From assembly GCA_050273025.1 (NCBI GenBank), contig CP158635.1, positions 3,534,001 to 3,598,000 of the forward strand: a stretch of 64,000 nucleotides of DNA, given 5' to 3'. Shown one piece after another: positions 27,095 through 36,779 of the stretch. A program made the translations under genes and the position numbers. The stretch's first letter is position 1. Each line of letters begins with the position of its first letter. The notes below the pieces were generated by a model. That model saw only the letters and a list, made by a program, of their open reading frames with translations. It did not search any database and had not been told where the DNA came from. The stretch comes from Cenococcum geophilum (taxonomy: Eukaryota).

Positions 27095-28682
27095 TGGAGG
27101 TGCCTATTAAAAGTCTTTGCCGCCCCGGCTTACCGCCAAGGCAGAAAAACAATATTCTGCCGGCAGAATTCTGCTACGTCATCAAGCGTTTTACCAAGGT
27201 TGTTTTTAGCAGCTTAATTCCGTAGCTTTTAAGTTCTTTTTAATATTCTAAATAGCTACCAAAAGATCTACCGCTAAACGTTCCGTAGGTGGCTACGATT
27301 TAGCTATAAGGGCTTAAATTGTGGCTCTTAGAGCTTACGGAATTTTAGCTGCCGAAATTATAAAGATAACCTAAATTTCTAAACGAACTATACGAGATAT
27401 ATATCGCCGCGTAATCGATTGAGGCTTTAACCCAAAATCTTCTCCTCCTCTCATCCTTAATACCTACGTAGACGACGCTTTTCGCCCTAGCCGTCCATCT
27501 AAACAGACTAAAGATACTAAGAACGCAATACTAAAGAAGGTCCGCCGTGATAAATATAGTAGAGAGAAGACATGCAATTATATTACTGTAAAGGTTAGAG
27601 GAGTTAGTGCTAAAACCGTATAGCGAATACTTAGAGCCTCTAGATTAAGAAAGACTAAACCTATATAAAAGCCTGGATTAACGGAGCAGATAAAGCTTAA
27701 GAGGCTTAAGTTCTATAGAGATTACGCTTATTAGAAGTTAGAAGATTAGAAAAATGTTATCTAGTTAGACAAGACATCTGTTATCTTAGGTTATTGCTAT
27801 AGTAAATATTAAATTTGGCGTACTGTAGATAAGCGTTTTATTAAGAGCTGTATACGCAACCACTGGAAAGGCTACTTAGAGTTTATATTCTAGGGCTGTT
27901 TTTTATATAATAAGAAAGGACCTTGCTATATCTGGTAGCTAGAAATAGCTATAGAATAGAAGAAAGCTTAGGCTGTAATTAATAAGCTAAATAAGGAGCT
28001 TAAGCCTTATATATAGTAGGAGTGGGAGCTTAATACGGGTATTAGAAGGATAGGGCTGCGCAATTTTCCTAAACTAAAGCTAAGATGGAAGTTTACTAAA
28101 GCAACTAGCAAGCTTATACGGAATTAGGGCTATGGAGGTATTAATTAGTGGCAATATTAAACATTAATTCTTATACTAAAGCTACTACCTTTTACTTAAG
28201 AGTGCCTTAAGGAAAGGCTTAGTACTATTGTCTAGGAGGATAAGGCTCTAGCTTACACCTACTAATATTAATTAACTATATATAACGCATAGAACATTTA
28301 ACGCCTTCTTTAGTGTAGCAACTCTCCTAATTTAAATATAATTAAGCCTTGCTAGCCGTATAAAAGAGGGTTACTGCGCGTAAGGGAGCGCCGTAGTAGA
28401 GAGAGGTTATAAGAACGTATAGCAGGCGATATAGAGAGATCTTAAATAGTGGAGGATTCAGGCTTAGATTAAGCGGATTATTAGGCATATCCAGAAGGTT
28501 ATTAATCTTAAAGGAGGTAATGAGTATAGGGAGGGTGCTATAGAGGCACTAAGACGCTTAAAAGCACCTAAAGCGGGAGAGGACAAATGGCAGGATATCT
28601 AGATTTGGAAGGCGGTAAGCTAAGGCGGTAAGCTAAGGCGGTCAATTTTCTTGGCGGCAAAGACTTTTGACAGGCACCTCCG
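27095..28682 (+). mobile_element. Tc1/impala-like DD34E transposon nested in Fot1
   Basis: ~30-bp TIRs (C/T)GGAGGTGCCT(G/A)T(C/T)AAAAGTCTTTGCCGCC with TA TSD. Transposase relic: R(P)(G)RP, I(W)(S)D.TSV, (Q)EDKA(P)AY/H, NSP(D)LN.I(E)PC(W). Confidence 0.9.
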
Positions 28683-29175
28683 TACTTCGTAGTTGTTAAG
28701 TTTGCTTGGCAGCCGTCGAAGGCGTTAAGGGCGCTTCCTGGCTATTTCCACCTCTTCAACTTCCTCACTATAAACAGTAACAATTTCAACCTCTTCTGTA
28801 GCCAATATTGAGTTATTTTAAACCCTCTTTAACTTCCTTACCTGTTTAAGTTTATTTTGTAATTGTAGCCTAACTTGTCTAGCTTCCTTAGCTTCGTTAG
28901 GAAAAAATTTACCAGCATCTGATTTTACTTTTCTGCCATTTTAGCATTTTCTAGCATTTCTAGCATTTTCTAGCATTTAGCAGCTAAATGCGGCATTTAT
29001 TACTAAGTACTAGCATTTAGCGCCAAATGCCGCATTTATAATTAAGTATTAGCATTTAGCTGCATTTATTACTAAGTACTAGCATTTAGCCGCCAAATGC
29101 TGCATTTATAATTAAGTATTAGCATTTAGCTGCTAAATGCTAGAAAATGCTAAAATGGCAGAAAAGTAAAATTAA

Positions 29176-29536
29176 ATGCTGCACGAAGCTCTGCATGAAG
29201 TTCTGCACGAAGCTCTACACGAAGCTCTGCACGAAGTTCTACACGAAGCTCTGCACGAAGTTCTACACGAAGTTCTGCACGAAGCTCTGCACGAAGTTCT
29301 ACACGAAGTTCTGCACGAAGCTCTGCACGAAGCTCTACACGAAGCTCTGCACGAAGCTCTACACGAAGCTCTGCACGAAGCTCTGCACGAAGCTCTACGC
29401 GAAGCTCTGCACGAAGCTCTACACAAGGCTCTACATAAAGCTCTGCGTACAGAGGCTCTGCACAAGGCTCTGCGCGAAGCTCTGCGTACGGAGGCTCTAC
29501 ACGAAGCTCTGCGTACGGAGGCTCTACACGAAGCTC
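29176..29536 (+). repeat. 12-bp minisatellite (CACGAAGCTCTG)n, ~30 units
   Basis: Direct inspection; variants GTT/GCT and CTA/CTG; produces the HEAL/CTKL/RASC repeat ORFs. Confidence 0.95.
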
Positions 29537-29680
29537 CGCATCGGGTCCCCGCTATATTCCCGATAGCCTCTACACGTGCCTCTGCCAAGTATACCCCCTA
29601 TATACACCTAGGTAGCCACCTCATTTTTTACCCTTCCTTACATCCTCCCTACCTAGGAAGACACCAGAACGACAGCCAGC

Positions 29681-30020
29681 AGACGACCGTCGCCGGAGCT
29701 AGACGACCGTCAGAGCCAGACGACCGTCGTCAGAGCTAGACGACCGTCGCCGGAGCCAGATGACCGTCGCCAGAGCTGGACGATCGTCGTCAGAGCTAGA
29801 CGACCGTCGTCAGAGCCAGATGACCGTCGTCAGAGCCAGACGACCGTCGCCGGAGCCAGATGACCGTCGCCAGAGCTAGACGACCGTCAGAGCCAGACGA
29901 CCGTCGTCAGAGCTAGACGACCGTCGCCAGAGCTGGACGACCGTCAGAGCCAGATGACCGTCGCCAGAGCTAGACGACCGTCGTCATCGCCACACGACCG
30001 TCGCCAGAGCCACACGACAA
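29681..30020 (+). repeat. ~20-bp minisatellite with palindromic core GACGAC-C-GTCG(T/C)C, ~17 units
   Basis: Unit approximately AGACGACCGTCGCCAGAGCT, with occasional 17-bp variants. Confidence 0.92.
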
Positions 30021-30084
30021 CCGTTCGAACGACCAGCCAGCGAACACGATAAACGATTCGATCGATCGCTCGAATCAAGGTAAC

Positions 30085-30290
30085 ATAGACGGGTAGGCAT
30101 AGATAGGTAGGCATAGATGGGTGGGTATAGACAGACAGACAGACAGATAGACAGATAGACAGACAGACGGGCGGACGGGTAGGCAAGCAGGCAGGCAGGC
30201 AGGCGGGTAGGCAGGTAGGCAGGTAGGTAGACAGGCAGGCAGGCAGGCAGGCAGGTAGGCAGGTAGGTAGGTCGGTAGGTAGGCAGGTAG
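30085..30290 (+). repeat. Compound tetranucleotide microsatellite (GACA/GATA/GGCA/GGTA)
   Basis: Direct inspection. Confidence 0.92.
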
Positions 30291-31856
30291 AAGAGAACCG
30301 TCGCTATATATTAAATTATCTAAAATAATATAATTTTGCACCAACTATATAAACCAAGCAAATACTATTAAGTGTGTAAGAAGAGCAAGATATATAGAAT
30401 GCGCGAGGAGGGCATTATGTACAGAATGCACGAGGAGGGCATTATATATTAATTGCGCATTAAGTGCAAAATGCGCAATTAGCTGCACTGCATTGTTAAA
30501 TATAGCAGTATGCAGCGGTATGCCGCACTGCATTGTTAAATGCAGCAGTATGCCGCACCTTAGTCGATACCATACGCTACACGTTGTAGTGCGCGGAATG
30601 CGCATTTGGCCGCCAAATGCTGCCAAATGCTGCAAAAATGCTGGTAAATTTTTTCCTGACGTTCCTATAAAGCGACCTTTTTAGCCGCAGCTTCCCTCTC
30701 TCGCTGCACCTTATCCTACACACGCTGTTCCTTCCTTTATTCCACTAAACGCCTCTTCTTATCCTTATGTAGTTGCCGTTAAATCTTTTTATTAACTTTA
30801 AGAGCTGCCTTATACTTCTTGGCTTCCTCTTATTCCGTTAAAAGGTTGCGAGCTTATTATACCTTTATAGGACTATAGAATATAGCCCTACCGTCGTTCT
30901 ATATAGCAAGCTGGTAAAAAAGAGGTTTCTGGCGTTGGCGCTTCTTCTACTTATTCTTAAGAGCTCGCTAGTAGCCTTGAATTCGCGATTTAAGAAGGAT
31001 ATTCATTGCTGTAAGGTTCTTAATCATATTAGTGAGCTCTTTAACTCTTAAGTTAAAAACGTTAGTAATAACGTTCTTAAGCTTCCTCTTAATCCCCTTC
31101 TAATTGGCTACCGTTAATACTAACTTAGAAGACTTACTAGATAAAGGCCTTTCTTTTATAGTAGCTTCTTTTAATAAGAACTTATCTAAAATAACCTCTA
31201 GCTTAAAAGGGTAAAGACTAGTCTTTTCCCATCTACTTTATACGTTCTTTGCTATAAAAGCTTTACTATAGGCCGCCTAAAATAGTCGGAAGAAGTCTCT
31301 CTTAGTAAGACGCGAGAAACCTTCACTATTAAGAGTAAACTGGTTTAATTCCTGGCTGTAGAATGTAGCGAGCGGTAAGAAGAGAGAGACGTTAAGAGGT
31401 TGTAATCTATGCGTTAAATGAGGTGGGTAAATAGCCAGTAATATTCTATAAAGGTAATAGTAGTTAATAAACCTCATATTAATATAAGAGCCGTGGCCGT
31501 TGACGATAAGGAGCCTCCAATCCCTTCCTTGGCGCGCCTTTGCCTTTATTTCACGATTAAATAGTATAGAAAGCTATAAGAAGCCTAAGTCATCATTCGT
31601 CCAGCCTATTAGCAATAAGGAGAAGAAGCAGCTCTATTTATTTAGGTCGAAATCCTATAGCCAGGAGTCTTAAATATTGCTAGAAATAGCTTAATAGATA
31701 AGACTAGGCAAGAGGCTAGTTCCATTAGCGCAGATAGTTATTAATATAGTAATCCACTCTCTATTTCCATCCTAGCTAATATTTCTAACCCTGCCGCTAT
31801 TAAAAGCCTTCTTAGAAAAGATCCTCCTTGTTTTCTTAAGGAAGCCGATAAGGAAG

Positions 31857-32116
31857 TGTAAGGGTTATTTTGGCCCTTACTCGGCTGCTGCATCGCCTAG
31901 GGGCTCTCAGGGGTCGCCAAGGCTAGCCTTCGGCTAGCCCTTGGCACCTCCTTATAAGCACCTCGGGCTTGCAGCCCTTCCCTCCTCATCGGTTCGTCTC
32001 AGTACGAGGCTATTGCCTACCCTCATTACCATATCGTCCTCTTCCATCGACTCCCTATGTGACTCATGCTCGGCTTGCCTGCTCCCTACCGTACACCCTG
32101 GCAATACTGCCTCACA
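31857..32116. mobile_element. Solo LTR (260 bp) inserted into the Fot1 transposase
   Basis: TG...CA ends (TGTAAGG...CCTCACA) and 5-bp TSD GGAAG at 31852-56 and 32117-21; interrupts the YNMD.KGFL-IG motif. Confidence 0.92.
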
Positions 32117-33116
32117 GGAAGCCCTTTTTATCCATATTGTACGTATTCTCTAATTATATACTATATTTAATAATCTTCCTGCTAAGTAGCTTAAAATATA
32201 AGCTATAATATAGCGCTAAATCTGCCTTCTTGCGTGTAGTGTTAATTAGTAAAAGGTATCCGGATTTAACTTCGTCTTTATAAGCAGCCAGCCAGCGCGC
32301 CGCCCAATAATCTCCTGGCTGCCTTCCTGCAATTCTAGCTGCTAGATTTCAAACCATTGCAGTTATAGGAGGAAGCCCGCGTTCGGTAAGGTCGTTGATA
32401 TATTTTATAAGCGCTTTTGACTGTACGCTATCGAGTAATCGCATTAAATCGTTCGCAGACTCCTTGGACTTAGTAACGTTGCAAAAGCGCTTAGAGAGGG
32501 TCGTGCGGTCGCATCCATGCTTTTTTGCTGTCGCAGAAATATTCGGCTTATCTTGAAGCCTTAAATCAGCAAGCGCGGCGTCGATATTCGCCATTTTGGT
32601 GGTGCTGTTGTTTAATTTTGACGATTTTGATGATTTTGAAAATGGACGATTTTGGTGGGGTTGGACCGTGCATGACCTGGCAGCGTGCACGGCCTGGCGG
32701 AGACTTCTAGCTGGTACTGCCTCACCAGCTTCAATACGAATCCTAATTCTATAAACAACTTCATCTGGAAGGCGGCGGCCCATAATAACTTTAATTGTGG
32801 TGGTTAAAATTAAAAGAATTGCCCCTCATACAAATTTTGGTGGGGGGCGATGCGGCTCTTTCGTCCTTAAGCGAGTTCCCGATCTTTTGCAAACGACAGT
32901 AAGCGAGAGATTGTGGCTTATGGAACAAGCCGTACAAGGCAAAACGACCTCAGCTGAAAAGACCTCAGCTGATGGCAAAACAGGGAAGCCTCTGCTGAAA
33001 CTAAAATGAAATAAAATAGAAGTATCACCAATCAGTGTCTGATACCGGATAGACCTGCACTCGGTGACAGCGTAGTCTGCTGACAGGCAGTGATGAACTG
33101 GTATAGCAGTACCAAT

Positions 33117-33289
33117 CAGTGATCTATTTGGACTGGAGCGGCGTGGATCCGGCGTGGAGCGCCGTTGGAGCGCCAGTTTACGTTTATCAATTATAGGAAA
33201 GTGCTAAACCTATAATTGATAAACGTAAACTGGCGCTCCAACGGCGCTCCACGCCGGATCCACGCCGCTCCAGTCCAAATAGATCACTG
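33117..33289. mobile_element. 173-bp perfect hairpin MITE (81-bp arms, 11-nt loop) upstream of the secreted-protein gene
   Basis: 33117-33197 is the exact reverse complement of 33209-33289; ends CAGTG...CACTG; CAGTACCAAT occurs at 33107-16 and 33291-300. Confidence 0.85.
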
Positions 33290-33375
33290 TCAGTACCAAT
33301 CGGTGCTGCTCGTTCACACCGGGTCTTCGGCATTTGGACATTGTGAAAAATGGTGCTAGAGACGGGGCCTGCGCC

Positions 33376-33383
33376 TATATAAA
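33376..33383 (+). promoter_or_regulatory. Probable TATA box of the secreted-protein gene
   Basis: TATATAAA ~75 bp upstream of ATG 33454 in a GC-balanced context; AACATG start context. Confidence 0.6.
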
Positions 33384-33453
33384 CACCAAGGGCTCCTCGC
33401 CCGACACGCAGAATTAGTTCCAGAACAGATCAATTTATCAATCCACTTCTAAC

Positions 33454-33856
33454 ATGAAGCTTATTAGTGCTACCCTTGCATTCCTGTCCATCGCAGCTCC
33501 AGCCCTAGCGGCCGTTGGTGGCCGTTGTTCAAACAACTGGGGGGATGACTGCATTTGCCTCGACGACAACGTGTGCCGCAACAGATGGGGCGGTGACCCT
33601 TACACCGGAACTCCTAGTAATTGGCCTTGCCCTTCGGACCCTGACAACATCATGGCGTGCGTCGTCCGCGACTGCCCGGGCCACGGCTCCAGCACTCAGT
33701 GCTTGTGGAGAGAAGGTTGCCAGTCCGTGAACTCCGGTAAGTCGTTTGAATTTGGCAACTCTAGATATGATGCGGTGGCTGATTGTGCGTGGAGATCCCG
33801 TTTGTCCAGGAGGAAGAGACTTTGTCTGCTGCAACCACAACTACCTTGGAGGCTAA
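33454..33856 (+). CDS. Small secreted cysteine-rich protein, 114 aa, 12 Cys; exons 33454-33736 and 33795-33856
   Basis: Signal-peptide-like MKLISATLAFLSIAAPALA. 58-nt intron with GTAAGT donor (33737), CTGAT branch site (~33779) and AG at 33793-94. Spliced C-terminus DPVCPGGRDFVCCNHNYLGG* parallels the first half (CPSDPDNIMAC). No RIP damage. Confidence 0.88.
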
Positions 33857-34149
33857 GTGGAGTGGCATCAACGTTTAGGTCGGGACCACATGAGGTGCCC
33901 AGATGAATCAAATCTGTTGGGAAAGCTGAAGGGACCGCTACTGTGGTGAAAATTGATAGCACACACGTGTAACTAATGTCATCCTGCCGCGTTAAATACA
34001 ACACATAATGTACTGCTTTTAAGGGACGCCGAAGCGTCATCACTATTATGGGTGTGTTTGTTGTTTCGTCAAGTATCGATCGGAGCTGGCGTATTTTCGT
34101 AAGCTCTTTGTCGTCTTTAGTAGCTTGAGCAAGGAGTACGACCCTAGAG

Positions 34150-34450
34150 AGATCCCATGACCACTGTCAGTCATTCCCTGAAACACTCGGGAAATGAGAA
34201 CGCCGTCTTGAGTATACGCAGGTAATATCTGATATCTACGGTCCCGGTGAAACTGAGCGACCTGGACCGGCGCCACACCAAGAGGAGATCATCCAGTATC
34301 CCTGAAGCCAATTCGCTTGTCGCACCCGGACTCATCCAAGTAGACGAGGTGGTACGACCGGAAAGATTGTACAGGTAAAAGTCCCGGAGATCTGCGTTCC
34401 GTTCTTTGGCTACTTGACACTTCACCAAATTATATGCTCTTTGTGTATTT
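34150..34450 (-). pseudogene. Tc1/mariner (IS630-like) transposase fragment, frameshifted, not RIP-mutated
   Basis: AKERNADLRDFYLYNLS, YLDESGCDKR..F, GVAPVQVAQFHRDRRYQILPAYTQDGVLISRVFQG spread across frames. Confidence 0.8.
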
Positions 34451-34619
34451 TCTGTTGACCAAGGAACAGGACCCATGCGCCAACTAATGAGACGACTTTT
34501 CGCTAGGGCTGGGGTCTCTAAAATTACATGTTGTATTGTCATAAGCTCTGCTTACTAAAATACGTGTATTAATCCAAAATTACTACCACCATATAAAATA
34601 TATAGGATTTTAGATATAG

Positions 34620-36730
34620 ACTTAGTGTTAGTAATTAATCAAATTAATATATAGGGGTTAAATATATATAAAATTAATTCGCTACCTTACTAACGCGCCT
34701 ACTAACCTCTATATACTTATGCTTAATAATTAAGTTCTCCTATTTAAGACGCTCCTACTTATCTAGCTGGTTCTAATCAAACGGTTTATAATACTTGCCC
34801 TTATATTAATTAAACACCCGCTAGTTAATATAGACGGCCGTCTATATATCTACCCGTTTAGGATTAGTAAAGGCCTTTATTCAGGAGTATATAAGCTTTA
34901 CTATACTAAATAAGCGCTTAGAGGGCACCAAATTAGCCTATATAAAATATAAACGGCGCGCTAAATTAGCTAAATTAGGTATAGTAACTCTTATAGAGGA
35001 CCAAAATAAGTTTAGCTTGTTTGTATACTGCTAATAGTAATTAGTAGAAGCAAATTCATCCTCCTTATAATAGTAGCTAAAGTATAACTATAAGGCGGCA
35101 GCCTCCTAATTAGCCGGCATATACTTACGAATAAAATTAAGGACTAGCTTTTAACATTTAACACTTATTTCTAAACCTGCGTAAGTAGGGTTGAGGTAAT
35201 AAGCAGCCTAATATATAGGAACTACCTGTTTAGCTATACGCGGATAGAACACCTAATTAAGCACCTCCTTCGCCTAAGAATATGCGACGCTAGCGTTACA
35301 GAAACACTAGTAGATAGATTGCTAGCGTCTAGAGATATATCTAAGGCGTACGCGGTCTAATTTTAACATCTTTTAAGCCTTATAGAGAGGCTTAAAGAGG
35401 TATAGGAAGTAGCTAAGCTGTTGAAAAAAGGGTCCCGCGATAGTTTAACTTCGGAATACTACATTAATATCTACATCTCGATCAAGGCAGTACGTCTTAA
35501 TAGCCTCCTAATTATCCTTTACTAATTACGCAACAGCTAGCTAAGTACCCTAACATATAATAACTGTAGTAGAAAAGGCTTTCTTTATTTTCTAGTGGCG
35601 CCGCAGTATAGAGAGCTATTTTGGTAATGTGCGGAATTTCGTTAATATACTCTAGGCGTTAGCAAACACTGTTTTAAACTAAGAGATCTGTTTAAGTATA
35701 TCCTTTATAAGCAGCTGTAGGCTATAGCGGTTGCAAGAAATGATAAATACGTACTAAAGATCCTTATCTTTATATATAAGTTCCTATAGGGATTATATGG
35801 TTAAGTAAGTATCAGTATCAAGGGAGTTAACACGCTTAAAGTCCAAATGTACATTATTTAGCACTTTTAGTAAGCTTTAATATACCTTACAAACTAAGTA
35901 AATTCTTAATCTCCTTTCTAACCCATCTAAATATCTATTCTGTATTATATTTTGCCCCTAGATCTACTACTTCTAATTTAATATAAAGTATACCGTTTAG
36001 CGTATTATAACAGAGGTTGATCACACGCTTATGGAGTATATTGCTTAACTTATCGATAATAAAATTAAGGTATTTTTGGGTGCTAATATACTGCTTAATA
36101 TCCTCCATAGTTGTAGCGTATATTTCCTTAAGTAGTATTCTAGTAAACGTTGTTTTATTAGGTATCTTAAATAAATTATTAAGACTTAATATAAAGTCCT
36201 GCAAGGCTATATCCTAAAATAGTTAAAACGGGCGAACGTTGTATATAATTATATATATAGCCTTCTTTTCTAAGAGGCGTTAGCGCGTATAGGTGGTGGA
36301 ATTTATCTTTAGCTTTTTCTAAGTAAGTTTATCGGTAAAGTCATTATAGACTTTAGAAGCCTTTTAAGTAGCAGGAGTTACTTTACCTTTAGCCTTATAG
36401 GCGTTTATATAGCTTTAGCAGCGTATAAGGTGGTTAAATTAGCGGGAGGTATTTTTTATAGCTTTATTATCGCAGTATAAGCAACGCATATAATTACACT
36501 AGTAGAAAAGTTAGCTCTAGGCCTATAGGGGTTATAAGAAACTTACCAATCGATTAGGACGTATAAAAGACTTAAACGCTAGCAATACTTTATTATTTAA
36601 AAGCCTTATTGCGGACTAATATAGTAATAGAGGTAGTAGTTAATAATTTAATAATGTGCGTTAAGCGCGTTAAATATTATAGAAGGTCCGTGCGGTTATA
36701 TATTTTAGCGTATTTTATATTACACTAGGC
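34620..36730 (-). mobile_element. hAT transposon, RIP-degraded
   Basis: BED-finger-like C..C ~36470-36490; C.RHSLQLL ~35710-35735; (T)(R)(W)GT(Q) ~35542-35560; dimerisation motif AN(S)VPS(E)RLFS ~34905-34938; RIP-form (C/T)AGTG ends. Boundaries approximate. Confidence 0.82.
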
Positions 36731-36779
36731 ATATATTATAAACTACCACTAGCCCTTAAAAAATACCCAATGTCACTAT

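Larger units (their letters stand above)
28895..30661 (+). mobile_element. Non-autonomous Plavaka/CACTA-like element (24-bp TIR, 2-bp TT TSD)
   Basis: Left CGTTAGGAAAAAATTTACCAGCAT versus right ATGCTGGTAAATTTTTTCCTGACG (23/24 inverted match), with TT on both sides. Removing the element plus one TT restores the Fot1 frame (KKVAL(Q)E-AKEARQVR). 30345-30661 is homologous to ~19450-20012. Confidence 0.9.
26937..32707 (-). mobile_element. Fot1/pogo-like DDE transposon carrying three nested insertions
   Basis: ~57-bp TIRs (GAAGTCTCCGC.AGGCCGTG.ACGCTGCCA...GGTCCAACCCCACCAAA) with TA TSD (26935-36, 32708-09). Transposase from 32593: MANIDAALADLRLQDKPNISATAKK (HTH), YNMD.KGF, LLIV(D)GHGSH, PPH.THRLQPL(D)V. 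Confidence 0.92.
24301..32899 (-). mobile_element. Tc1/mariner (IS630-like) transposon with ~110-bp TIRs; host of the nested Fot1 stack
   Basis: TIRs 24301-24410 and 32790-32899, each flanked by TA. The transposase starts at 32783 (MGRRLPDEVVYRIRIRIEAGEAVPA) and resumes in frame after the Fot1 insertion (IAEAVKVGKKTIYK from 26936), continuing to ~25750. Confidence 0.85.

Noticed and set aside
29147..29739. ORFs of 139, 138 and 187 aa (CTKL, RASC and HEAL repeats)
   Set aside because: They are by-products of a stop-free 12-bp minisatellite open in several frames; there is no independent sign of a gene.
29944..30344. ORFs with LSVC and PACL repeats
   Set aside because: Translations of tetranucleotide microsatellites.
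32349..32783. 144-aa ORF as a single gene
   Set aside because: Chimera of the Tc1 transposase start, the Fot1 TIR and the Fot1 transposase start.
33454..33906. 150-aa unspliced ORF as the gene product
   Set aside because: A 58-nt intron gives a more coherent 114-aa protein with an even Cys count and a repeated module.
33515..34043. Overlapping alternative-frame and antisense ORFs around the secreted-protein gene
   Set aside because: Shadow ORFs of GC-balanced coding sequence, with no recognisable features.
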